A program made the translations under genes and the position numbers. A stretch of DNA of 64,000 bases, from positions 1 through 64,000 of the IMG/VR virus record IMGVR_UViG_3300022555_000043. One strand, 5' to 3'. Each line of letters begins with the position of its first letter. Position 1 is the stretch's first letter. Below, in pieces: positions 1 to 7,604 of this stretch. The DNA is from a virus (Duplodnaviria; Caudoviricetes). The notes beneath the pieces were generated by a model. That model saw only the letters and a list, made by a program, of their open reading frames with translations. It did not search any database and was not told the DNA's origin.

Positions 1-101
1 CTGCCCTAGGCTCTGCCCTAGGCTCTGCCCTAGGCTCTGCCCTAGGCTCTGCCCTAGGCTCTGCCCTAGGCTCTGCCCTAGGCTCTGCCCTAGGCTCTGC
101 C
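1..101. repeat. Tandem array of 12-bp unit CTGCCCTAGGCT (8 perfect copies plus 5 nt) at the window edge
   Basis: Read directly; unit recurs at 1,13,25,37,49,61,73,85 and partially at 97. Confidence 0.98.
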
Positions 102-200
102 GATACCCTGTAGCCCTTGCACGCTGCGCGATTTAATCCATAATCAATATAATGGCATGTCTACTCGATTTAGTGGCATATCTGCTATTCTATTGGATAT

Positions 201-228
201 AAAAAAACTGCCCTAGTAATAGGGCAGT
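201..228 (-). terminator. Rho-independent terminator
   Basis: ACTGCCCTA-gtaa-TAGGGCAGT perfect stem with an A7 run on its left (U tail on minus strand), downstream of ORF ending at 250. Confidence 0.8.
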
Positions 229-249
229 CTATAGGGCAGGGTAGTCTAT

Positions 250-567
250 CTATTGCAACATAGAATTCAATTCCGCTTTGATAACTCGGGCCGTCGAGCC
301 CCTCCACGCTGAGGCGTTAGCTAAAAAATATCTCACAATAGATGCACCAGTATCCATATAGTAATTATCATCGATGGCATCAAGCGTAGCCATAGCATCC
401 AGATAAGGCGCAGCCGCATAGGTTACCGTATCCCAATTAGTCCTTATTTCGCGGGCGATATGCCACAGCTTACGAATTGGCATACCATTGCGCATGGTAT
501 AGGCGAATTTTTCAGAATGGCTTCCGGCGTATTCATTTAAATCTAAAGTACCGTCAAATTCTTTCAT
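250..567 (-). CDS. Conserved phage hypothetical protein (105 aa)
   Basis: ORF with IAREIRTNW...PYLDAM...YFLANASAWRG..AR.IKAEL pattern I recall from small phage proteins; start moved to ATG at 567 behind a G-run RBS. Confidence 0.75.
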   Translation of the reverse strand: MKEFDGTLDLNEYAGSHSEKFAYTMRNGMPIRKLWHIAREIRTNWDTVTYAAAPYLDAMATLDAIDDNYYMDTGASIVRYFLANASAWRGSTARVIKAELNSMLQ

Positions 568-580
568 ATTTCCCCCCCCC

Positions 581-955
581 CTATATGTGTTGATAGATGA
601 TATTGTATTCGTGGCCCGTGACGGTCGAAAAAAAAGCCGTATTGAAAGGTGCGTACTTAGCGACATTACCACCGATCAAGCCATAGGACTGATACACTTG
701 CCCATCATCGACAGCATAGGCAACGCAATCTTGCCGGAACATATTGGCCATAGTGCGCAAGTCGGCCATGATTGCTAGCATATTGGCATCAGTGTCATAT
801 TGCATAATGTAATATGCGCCATTATCTGCGCAGTCTTCGGGCACCTTGCAAATATACTTGATTCCTTCGCTCCTGAAGTATTCCCGCAGAAAAGTGATTA
901 ACTGCGCATTACTCATGCGTAATTTCGATTCGAAATTGACTGTGACATGATACAT
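581..955 (-). CDS. Hypothetical protein (124 aa)
   Basis: ORF with AAGGAG RBS, co-directional with neighbours. Confidence 0.75.
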   Translation of the reverse strand: MYHVTVNFESKLRMSNAQLITFLREYFRSEGIKYICKVPEDCADNGAYYIMQYDTDANMLAIMADLRTMANMFRQDCVAYAVDDGQVYQSYGLIGGNVAKYAPFNTAFFSTVTGHEYNIIYQHI

Positions 956-1036
956 AGCATCTCCTTACGGATACTATCGGTTGCACCTTTGGCGCAATCT
1001 CGATTAAGCAACTATGCTTGCAGTACCCATAATCCG

Positions 1037-1065
1037 ATTATCGGCTACATTCCATACAATGTCAA
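1037..1065 (-). promoter_or_regulatory. sigma70-like promoter TTGACA-17-GATAAT
   Basis: Consensus -35, 17-bp spacer, near-consensus -10 overlapped by palindrome CCGAT-T-ATCGG. Confidence 0.65.
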
Positions 1066-1215
1066 GCAAGTATTTTGCGGATTTATCTCTTACATTGTTT
1101 GCCGATAGCATGGGGGGATTGTATATATTTGACTCATGCCATTGTATAATTTCGATACATATTACAATGTCAAGAAAAATAGCAGACTGCGCGGGCATGG
1201 CAAGGCATGGAGTCT

Positions 1216-1249
1216 AACGATTAAACGATTAAGCAATCGTTTAATCGTT
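1216..1249. repeat. Perfect 15-bp inverted repeat with 4-nt loop
   Basis: AACGATTAAACGATT-aagc-AATCGTTTAATCGTT. Confidence 0.95.
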
Positions 1250-1427
1250 CTGTCAAACAAGCGTTTGAATTCCGATTCTGGCGGTTGTCATCAGCCCCCT
1301 ATAATAATATTGTCCACTTTTCAACTATTTACATATATACGTTTTTTGTCACGTACACTTCAATAGTATACGTTTTTCTATAAGTGTAAGGAATTTTCGG
1401 TTTCTTCTGTCAGTATACGGAAATTCC

Positions 1428-1681
1428 TCAGCCTATCCCTCTATTCTCCACTATTTTGTCGGGAAACCTTGTTCCCTTGAGTTTTTCGATGAATTCCCTC
1501 ATATAGTATCCACCTGCAGGAATTTCAGAACCCTTAGGAATTATATTGTAGGATATGATTTCCCAACCGTCCAATTCCAAGTAGTAATCCCATTTTTCGT
1601 CGCTATATACTTAGTGCCGTACCCATTCCAGACTTGCCCTACAGTGGGAAATATTTCCTTATTACAAATAGAACAAAGCAT
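1428..1681 (-). pseudogene. Probable ~84-aa small gene interrupted by a frameshift near 1605
   Basis: ATG 1681 with AAGG RBS reads MLCSICNKEIF..GYGTKY; a second frame continues YSDEKWDYYLELDGWEIISY..RGIG* to 1428; junction is a TATATA run. Confidence 0.4.
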
Positions 1682-1692
1682 ATATACCGTCC

Positions 1693-1854
1693 TTACATAT
1701 GGTAATTTTCCATTCCCTGTGCTTCGATGTTCTGTTGCCTCTGTTTCCAGACAGGTTCCAATAGCCGTTTGACTCTGTGAATCTCGGGCAGGTCTTCCCG
1801 CATCCGTGCTATATGTAGGGCATGTTCTAGGCTCTTCTGTGTATCTTTGGTCAT
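1693..1854 (-). CDS. Small hypothetical protein (53 aa, not in ORF track)
   Basis: GAAAGGAA RBS; MTKDTQKSLEHALHIARMREDLPEIHRVKRLLEP... Confidence 0.6.
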   Translation of the reverse strand: MTKDTQKSLEHALHIARMREDLPEIHRVKRLLEPVWKQRQQNIEAQGMENYHM

Positions 1855-1866
1855 AATGGCTTCCTT

Positions 1867-2046
1867 TCAGTCAACTACGATCTGGACATAGGGCTTGCCG
1901 TTCACTTCAGCCAGATTCACGGATATTTGATATTCCTTCCCGGGCTTGACTTTGGCGATTTTGGCAGCCTTCTCTCGGGCTTCGAACATTGTATCCGCAT
2001 AAACTTCGATGCGCTGTTGCTTGTAGAAACAAATGTATCCGTTCAT
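1867..2046 (-). CDS. Conserved small phage protein (59 aa)
   Basis: MNGYICFYKQQRIEVYADT..EA..KAA pattern; GAGGT RBS in promoter cassette. Confidence 0.75.
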   Translation of the reverse strand: MNGYICFYKQQRIEVYADTMFEAREKAAKIAKVKPGKEYQISVNLAEVNGKPYVQIVVD

Positions 2047-2053
2047 TCTGTTT

Positions 2054-2095
2054 ACCTCTTGATTCAAGTATAAGCACGATTACTATAAAAGTCTA
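2054..2095 (-). promoter_or_regulatory. Early promoter cassette P1 TAGACT-17-TATACT-ATCAAGAGGT
   Basis: Matches five other cassettes. Confidence 0.8.
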
Positions 2096-2115
2096 TACTC
2101 TTTCGAAATATTTTC

Positions 2116-2424
2116 CTACTGGATCGACAACCCATCATTCCCATCGGGGAAAAGCTTCTTGAGTTCCCAAAAGGCTGCCGAGGATATTTGCTTGTCCGGG
2201 GATACTACCTGCTGGAATAGCTGTGCATTGTTCGCATATAAACGCTGCAAGATAACCTTGACGGCTTCTGCATAGGCCTTCGAAGTTTTCCCGCTTACCT
2301 TGAATCCTATATGTGAATTGTACTCATACCTGCAGGCGCGACTCTCGCAGCTCAGTCCAGCGGTATGAATCGGCATCGGAAAGGCTGCATCCTTGTAGCT
2401 TATGTCATACATCCTGATAAACAT
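2116..2424 (-). CDS. Hypothetical protein (102 aa)
   Basis: ORF with RBS from cassette P2. Confidence 0.75.
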   Translation of the reverse strand: MFIRMYDISYKDAAFPMPIHTAGLSCESRACRYEYNSHIGFKVSGKTSKAYAEAVKVILQRLYANNAQLFQQVVSPDKQISSAAFWELKKLFPDGNDGLSIQ

Positions 2425-2430
2425 CTTATC

Positions 2431-2472
2431 ACCTCTTGATTCAAGTACAACAAATTCAGATATAAAAGGGAA
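2431..2472 (-). promoter_or_regulatory. Early promoter cassette P2 TTCCCT-17-TGTACT-ATCAAGAGGT
   Basis: Same leader and spacer start (TTTATA) as P1; weak hexamers. Confidence 0.6.
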
Positions 2473-2476
2473 GACT

Positions 2477-2520
2477 TTTTTACATTATTTTTACATTATT
2501 TTTACATTATTTTTACATTA
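2477..2520. repeat. 4 x 11-bp tandem repeat TTTTTACATTA
   Basis: Read directly; lies just upstream of P2 -35. Confidence 0.95.
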
Positions 2521-2527
2521 TTTTGAA

Positions 2528-2932
2528 TTAGAAAGTGTGAAGGGAAAAGTTGCAGGTGTGGTGGTCGATTTCGATCTTCTGCCCCGCCTTGTCCTCAATG
2601 TACCATATCCCGGCGTCCGACTTGTAGGTTTCTTTCTTGCCGCAGACCCTGTAGTCCCCGAGGCCGAGGATGTGCAGGATATCGTTCATCCTGTCCTGCG
2701 TGGTTTTCGTCTTCCAGCCGCCTGTGCGGAGGGTCAGGATTTTGGCATCCTTGCGATACTGGACTATTGCCGTGCCCCAAAGATAGAAAGCCATGCGGTT
2801 TCCAGCCTCTTCGATGATGATCAAGTCCCTGATTCCGTATTCCCGGGTTTCCATGTTCATTCCCCGGGTAATCACGAAATGCCCATCTTTCCCGGCCCGA
2901 ACCTTACTCTGCATCTTCTCATAGACTCCCAT
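2528..2932 (-). CDS. Hypothetical protein (134 aa)
   Basis: ORF with RBS; GWKTKTTQDRMN motif recalled from small phage proteins. Confidence 0.75.
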   Translation of the reverse strand: MGVYEKMQSKVRAGKDGHFVITRGMNMETREYGIRDLIIIEEAGNRMAFYLWGTAIVQYRKDAKILTLRTGGWKTKTTQDRMNDILHILGLGDYRVCGKKETYKSDAGIWYIEDKAGQKIEIDHHTCNFSLHTF

Positions 2933-2937
2933 ATCGT

Positions 2938-2979
2938 ACCTCTTGATCTAAATATACTACATCCCGATATAATCGTCAA
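2938..2979 (-). promoter_or_regulatory. Early promoter cassette P3 TTGACG-17-TATATT-ATCAAGAGGT
   Basis: Near-consensus hexamers, 17-bp spacer. Confidence 0.85.
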
Positions 2980-2996
2980 CTATTGTTTTTATTTTT

Positions 2997-3359
2997 TTAT
3001 ACAGGTATATACTCTTTTAGTTCTGTGGCTTCCTTTTCGAATGCTACTTGATGGGAACGCCTGTTGATGATGGCGTGTTTATCGTCAATCTGGTATTCAG
3101 CAATTCTCCAGCTATACTGTTTGAGCAGGTGGAAGATAGGGGCAAACATATCTATAGTCATTGAAAGGTTATCGAACGCGCACAGATGGATTCCATGTAA
3201 AAAATTGGGGCAGTCTTCCCATATAGGGTTGATGTTTATTCCCACTTCACGGAGTGTGCGCCAGAATTCGTCTTCCTTATCATCGGCAACGTTGCAGGAT
3301 AAACTACCCCAAGGGCCGCGCCCATTGTTGTCTTCGATTCTGTACACGCTGATTTTCAT
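2997..3359 (-). CDS. Hypothetical protein (120 aa)
   Basis: ORF with RBS; VYRIED..GRGP N-terminus. Confidence 0.75.
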   Translation of the reverse strand: MKISVYRIEDNNGRGPWGSLSCNVADDKEDEFWRTLREVGININPIWEDCPNFLHGIHLCAFDNLSMTIDMFAPIFHLLKQYSWRIAEYQIDDKHAIINRRSHQVAFEKEATELKEYIPV

Positions 3360-3368
3360 ATGTTCCCC

Positions 3369-3536
3369 CTACCTGTGGCATTCGCCGGATTCGATAAATG
3401 CCATAGCCTGTCTGCCATAGCATCCCTGCAGTCTCCATGCCATCCCATTGTCGATCAGCTTCTGGAAGAGTTTCACAGTATCCTTTTCCGAAAGGCTGCC
3501 TTCTTCCCAAGCCATCATCGCATCGAAATTGTCCAT
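3369..3536 (-). CDS. Conserved small phage protein (55 aa)
   Basis: MMAWEEG.L....TVKLFQKLIDNGMAWRLQG.YGRQA pattern; start at cassette P4 RBS. Confidence 0.75.
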   Translation of the reverse strand: MDNFDAMMAWEEGSLSEKDTVKLFQKLIDNGMAWRLQGCYGRQAMAFIESGECHR

Positions 3537-3542
3537 ACTGTT

Positions 3543-3584
3543 ACCTCTTGAATCAAATATACTCAAGGCAGGTATAAAAGGCAA
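3543..3584 (-). promoter_or_regulatory. Early promoter cassette P4 TTGCCT-17-TATATT-TTCAAGAGGT
   Basis: Matches cassette family. Confidence 0.8.
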
Positions 3585-3647
3585 GCCCTCTATACCCGCT
3601 TTCGAAATATTTTACAACTGTTTCGCGTAGCACTCCCTGAAAAAAGC

Positions 3648-4160
3648 TTACTTGTCCTCGATGTATCCCAGTTCCAAAGTCTTCTTGATGAAGCAGGGAT
3701 TGGAAAATTCGTAGGCCAGAGTGACTTTACCGGAAGGCGAGGCGAAGATGTAGTGGGTGCAGGCTGCAGTGAATGCCTGCCCCGTCAGATTGCACAGAGC
3801 TTCCACTTCCTGCAGGAAAGCCTTGTATTTGCTCGTTTCCTCTTCCAGCACGATGTTGAATACCTTTTCGCACTCTTCCCAGTAGGCAGCCCATCGGCGC
3901 AGTCCTGCTAGAGTCGGCGTGTGCATCCTGTCGGGTTCGGCAGGCATCCTTTCCCTGCAGTTGTTCACGATAATGAGGCCCGCGATCAGGTTATTCCCCC
4001 GGAAGTCTCTGCGGAAAGTGTAGGTTTTATGGTAGCTGGAATAATGGCAACGCATTTTCTGCCCGAAGGCTTCCACGAAAATATCGTCATCTTCGACAGT
4101 CAATGTAGGCGAGGCATCCAGCTTCCGTATATGCCCATTCCCCCATCCCGTATAGGACAA
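3648..4160 (-). CDS. Hypothetical protein (start uncertain; overlaps upstream ORF by 74 bp)
   Basis: Long ORF on the operon strand; no clear RBS. Confidence 0.55.
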   Translation of the reverse strand: MSYTGWGNGHIRKLDASPTLTVEDDDIFVEAFGQKMRCHYSSYHKTYTFRRDFRGNNLIAGLIIVNNCRERMPAEPDRMHTPTLAGLRRWAAYWEECEKVFNIVLEEETSKYKAFLQEVEALCNLTGQAFTAACTHYIFASPSGKVTLAYEFSNPCFIKKTLELGYIEDK

Positions 4161-4575
4161 TATTCAGGACGTTGGCCCGCTGCTTCTTGGGCAGTTCGTG
4201 GTACTTGTAATCGCTGCGGAATTCGTCGATGATGATGTTCCTTTCCAGATTGCACATGTGATCTTCATCATAGACAGTTTCCGTTGCCAAGTCGTGGAGT
4301 ATATCGTATATGATTTCCAGCCCCCGCTTGGTCATTTCGGCTGGAATGTAGGCGATTCCGTAGGTGCCGTAGCCCCCGTATACCCTGTACAGTCCCTTGA
4401 TCCTGCTCAGGCGTTTCACCAGCACCAAAAAATTGGAACGGGTGACAATATCCCCGGAATAGTCGCTGCCGACAGTGTATGGGATGTATTCGCAGGGGAC
4501 GAATTGGTAGTGGTCGCAATCCAGCAGAATCCCCTCTTTCCCATTCGCTGCGGTCTGGTACTGTGCTGTTTTCAT
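4087..4575 (-). CDS. Phage hypothetical protein (162 aa)
   Basis: ORF with RBS from cassette P5; SDYSG...RSNF...YGGYGTYGI motif. Confidence 0.75.
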   Translation of the reverse strand: MKTAQYQTAANGKEGILLDCDHYQFVPCEYIPYTVGSDYSGDIVTRSNFLVLVKRLSRIKGLYRVYGGYGTYGIAYIPAEMTKRGLEIIYDILHDLATETVYDEDHMCNLERNIIIDEFRSDYKYHELPKKQRANVLNIVLYGMGEWAYTEAGCLAYIDCRR

Positions 4576-4580
4576 ATTCG

Positions 4581-4621
4581 CCTCTTGATTATAGTATACC
4601 GATGCCTGCTATAAATGTCTA
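4581..4621 (-). promoter_or_regulatory. Early promoter cassette P5 TAGACA-17-TATACT-ATCAAGAGG
   Basis: Matches cassette family. Confidence 0.85.
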
Positions 4622-4655
4622 GGGTTCGGGCAGATATTTTTTCGCGCATATACAT

Positions 4656-4685
4656 AAAAAAGCCCACCCATGACAGGCAGGCTTT
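4656..4685 (-). terminator. Probable rho-independent terminator
   Basis: Minus strand AAAGCCTGCC-loop-GGTGGGCTTT followed by a T run. Confidence 0.6.
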
Positions 4686-4702
4686 ATATTCAGGCGGTAT
4701 GA

Positions 4703-5077
4703 TCAGGGGACAACCTTTGTCCTATACCCGAATTTCTCGTCTACCTGTGCCTGTGTAACTTTCTTGATTATGCTGTTCTGGTTGAGTATGTCCAGAAACT
4801 CTTCGGGGGATACCAGTCTTCCACAGCTTTCTGATACTCGGCCATTGTAGCATAGTTTACTGCCACCATCCCCTGAAAATACCCTATCCCCTCCTGCCGT
4901 CAGGACTATTCTATGTCCCTCAGCCTTTATGAAATCCGTGATGTATCGAGGGAATACATCATCCATGATCGTGGTCACGGGCCACCCGAAAGATGTCTCT
5001 TTCAATACGGTGCGAACAAATTCTGCCACCGCACTGTTAGTCCAGTTCCTCATGTCCACACATATGGGTTCTATCAT
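4703..5077 (-). CDS. Hypothetical protein (124 aa)
   Basis: ORF with AAGGAG RBS. Confidence 0.75.
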   Translation of the reverse strand: MIEPICVDMRNWTNSAVAEFVRTVLKETSFGWPVTTIMDDVFPRYITDFIKAEGHRIVLTAGGDRVFSGDGGSKLCYNGRVSESCGRLVSPEEFLDILNQNSIIKKVTQAQVDEKFGYRTKVVP

Positions 5078-5089
5078 GTTCTCCTTTGC

Positions 5090-5281
5090 CTAGTTGTAGG
5101 CGTACCATTTCTTGGTCGGGAAATAAAATCCAATTGCCCCGCAGCCATGCCTGTATGCCCATCCCCTGCGCTCGTCACCCCCAGCGACATCGGCGGGAAT
5201 CTCCAAAGCCCCCGGCTTCTCTTTGCTCATTGCGTAGAACTTCCGATCTTCGGCTTCGATTTCCGGTGAAATGTACCTCAT
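5090..5281 (-). CDS. Small hypothetical protein (63 aa)
   Basis: ATG at 5281 behind cassette P6 RBS. Confidence 0.7.
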   Translation of the reverse strand: MRYISPEIEAEDRKFYAMSKEKPGALEIPADVAGGDERRGWAYRHGCGAIGFYFPTKKWYAYN

Positions 5282-5286
5282 ATAGC

Positions 5287-5328
5287 ACCTCTTGATCATA
5301 AGATATTGTTTGCGAACACAAAAGTCAA
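5287..5328 (-). promoter_or_regulatory. Early promoter cassette P6 TTGACT-17-TATCTT-ATCAAGAGGT
   Basis: Matches cassette family. Confidence 0.8.
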
Positions 5329-5402
5329 ATCACCTTTCTAAAAATTAAGTAGCCTGTTATTCTTGGGAAACACGCCCGACCATACTATAGTCGCCTGTGT
5401 GA

Positions 5403-5708
5403 TCATACAGTCTCCGTCTTGTCGAAACCCATATACTTTATGAGTATATCCAGAGAATCTTTCAATGTAATGAACGCTTCGGAAGCCCCCCCTGCGTCTG
5501 GATGAGTCATTTTTGCCATGATCTTGTAACGGCTGCGGGCCACTTCTTCGGTCAAGATTGCACCTTCGGGGATTCCAAGAATGTCCCGGGCTTTGTCTAC
5601 ATCTTCTTGTGAAGGTCTGTCTGCCAACCGTTCCAGCATCGCCTTGAATCGGGCATGGATTTCTTCCCAGTAGTTGTGTATTCTGGTTCCGAACATATCG
5701 GAATACAT
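5403..5708 (-). CDS. J-domain (DnaJ-like) protein; C-terminal part of a gene split by an in-frame TGA
   Basis: ARDILGI...YKIMAKMTHPDAGG..EAF with HPD motif; same frame as 5757-6089. Confidence 0.8.
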   Translation of the reverse strand: MYSDMFGTRIHNYWEEIHARFKAMLERLADRPSQEDVDKARDILGIPEGAILTEEVARSRYKIMAKMTHPDAGGASEAFITLKDSLDILIKYMGFDKTETV

Positions 5709-5756
5709 TTTTCGTTCCCATTCCTCGTTTTCTTTATGTCTTTGCCAAGTATCATA

Positions 5757-6089
5757 TCACATTGCGTAGTCTCGATCTGTCTTGTACCTGTGTTCGTGTA
5801 CGGCTTTTTTCCAATCGGGGAAATAGAATTTCCTCAAGGGGATAATCTGTGTGGCATAGAAGTACCCCCAAAATTTATCGGCAGAGGGCTTGACGATCTT
5901 GGAACCGTTGAAGATGTTGTTCCATTTCACGTTCAAGGCTGTGACACAGTTTTCGAATGTCACTGTGGTCAGCCGGACTGCCTGCAGCAATGCCCGGAAG
6001 TCATCCATGATATCGGCCACGAATGCATCGCGGTCGAAATAGGGATTCTCATTCAGGTGGTACTTTTCGATGTAGACTTTCGGTTTCAT
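5757..6089 (-). CDS. Hypothetical protein; likely N-terminal part of the J-domain protein
   Basis: ORF with AAGGA RBS; its TGA is followed by 16 open codons into the J-domain ORF. Confidence 0.7.
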   Translation of the reverse strand: MKPKVYIEKYHLNENPYFDRDAFVADIMDDFRALLQAVRLTTVTFENCVTALNVKWNNIFNGSKIVKPSADKFWGYFYATQIIPLRKFYFPDWKKAVHEHRYKTDRDYAM

Positions 6090-6122
6090 TAGATTATCCT
6101 TATATGCAGATTTGATGCATAT

Positions 6123-6464
6123 TTATTCTTCCCGCCTCTTGCGGTAGATGGTGTGGGCGTGGATTAGATTGGCTTCCACAGCCTTACCTATCACACCCTT
6201 CACCTTGGCTTTGTCTACACCCAATATACTAACAATATCACGCCGAGGATAGCCCTGTTTGTACAATTCGATGATTTTTATAGTTGTGTCAGACTTTTCT
6301 TTCTTCCCCGGCCCTCTACCCGCACTGTTTGCACGTACAGCGGCGAGGTTCCTTTCTGATATAATGTCCGCTTTCACCCCGGCTTCACGTTGGCTATTCA
6401 GGATACAGACCCACGTAGGGGCTGTGTTGGTGCTGAATGCGGGGTCTGTACACTTATCGGCCAT
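6123..6464 (-). CDS. Putative helix-turn-helix DNA-binding protein
   Basis: C-terminal IIELYKQGYPRRDIVSILGVDKAKVKGVI resembles an HTH. Confidence 0.6.
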   Translation of the reverse strand: MADKCTDPAFSTNTAPTWVCILNSQREAGVKADIISERNLAAVRANSAGRGPGKKEKSDTTIKIIELYKQGYPRRDIVSILGVDKAKVKGVIGKAVEANLIHAHTIYRKRREE

Positions 6465-6465
6465 T

Positions 6466-6555
6466 TCAGATTACCCCATAAATATGAAGAAACAATATGA
6501 TAATTAAAGCAATAATTAGGCAGTAGATATTATCGTGCCCGGGTTCCATTTTCAT
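6466..6555 (-). CDS. 29-aa single-TM micro-protein (not in ORF track)
   Basis: MKMEPGHDNIYCLIIALIIILFLHIYGVI; ATGA overlap with upstream stop, ends 1 nt before next ATG. Confidence 0.55.
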   Translation of the reverse strand: MKMEPGHDNIYCLIIALIIILFLHIYGVI

Positions 6556-7226
6556 GCGCTTGCTCCTTCGATCTGTGTATTAAGGGGAATAGTGTTGCCC
6601 GCTGCAAGTCCTCTGAGATAGGCACCTTCGCTTACTGTTTTAGGGGCTTTTGTTTTGGCATCCACTAAATTAGTAAAGCGCTGTTTGATAAAATTTTCAT
6701 TATTCAGTTTTTCCGACACCACTAAATCTCGGCAATCGGAGTTCATTTCAGCGCCGTGCATGGCTTCAAGGCGTGGAACCAAAGCCGCAATGAAACCCCA
6801 ACTGAATGATCTTCTTTCTTCGGCTTTGGTAAATTGCAGTTTTTTTGTGGCTTTCTTGATGGCTTCAGTAATGTATTCGTTGAACAGATTACTGGCTAGG
6901 ATGTTGGCGGATTTACCAACATAGACAAGGCATATTTCCCCATAAGGTCGGGTGTGCTGTAGCATAGAACAGTAGTTCAAGCGCCCGACTGCTATATACA
7001 GTATCCGCATCCATTCTTCTGTCCGTGGAATTACTACCGCTACCCTAACCCCTACAGGGTCGAGTTCGGCGGTTTTGTTCTGGATGTCTTTCATATCCAG
7101 ATTGTGCTGTTTCAACAGGTCGTGAGCCTTCCCCAAAGCCACCGCAGCTTCGGCTTCATTGGGGGAATCACTCAGGGCGAGAAGTTTTCTGATTTTGTCT
7201 ATGATCTTGTCGGGTACATTGTCCAT
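6552..7226 (-). CDS. DUF2786-domain protein
   Basis: N-terminal DKIIDKIRKLLALSDSPNEAEAAVAL.KA..LL..HNL signature; CAGGAG RBS before ATG 7226. Confidence 0.85.
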   Translation of the reverse strand: MDNVPDKIIDKIRKLLALSDSPNEAEAAVALGKAHDLLKQHNLDMKDIQNKTAELDPVGVRVAVVIPRTEEWMRILYIAVGRLNYCSMLQHTRPYGEICLVYVGKSANILASNLFNEYITEAIKKATKKLQFTKAEERRSFSWGFIAALVPRLEAMHGAEMNSDCRDLVVSEKLNNENFIKQRFTNLVDAKTKAPKTVSEGAYLRGLAAGNTIPLNTQIEGASA

Positions 7227-7252
7227 AAAATTCTCCTGTATCAAATATACAT

Positions 7253-7591
7253 TCAATCCCCGGGAAGGTCAATACGTTTTTTATTTTCTTCTGGTTCTGA
7301 AGGTTTTCCGATAGTAGCATACCATATATCTACCATCAGGTCACCCAACCTTTGCTTGGCCTTGATATAAGATTCCATAGTGGGCTGGATATAGATTTTC
7401 TTGGTGAAGGCATCCATATAGGCTTTCCTTGCCAGTAGGAAGTCTTGTTTCAGTTGGTCGATTTTAGATTTCCCCAGTCTATCCCATTTCCACTTGGGAA
7501 GCTGTGGGATGTCCATGCAATCACAGCAGGGGTCTAAACTCCTGCCTTGGTGCCTGTAAATGCAGGTATCACAGATTCGGGGGGCGCTCAT
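7253..7591 (-). CDS. Hypothetical Cys-rich protein (112 aa)
   Basis: CxxC and CCxC motifs; AGGAG RBS. Confidence 0.7.
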   Translation of the reverse strand: MSAPRICDTCIYRHQGRSLDPCCDCMDIPQLPKWKWDRLGKSKIDQLKQDFLLARKAYMDAFTKKIYIQPTMESYIKAKQRLGDLMVDIWYATIGKPSEPEENKKRIDLPGD

Positions 7592-7604
7592 AATTTACTC
7601 CTAG

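Noticed and set aside
1-101. Terminal repeats as a CRISPR array
   Set aside because: Units are contiguous with no spacers and only 12 bp long
3648-4575. Frameshift fusion of ORFs 4087-4575 and 3648-4160
   Set aside because: The 74-bp overlap is odd, but there is no slippery site or domain evidence; a later start for the second ORF is equally possible
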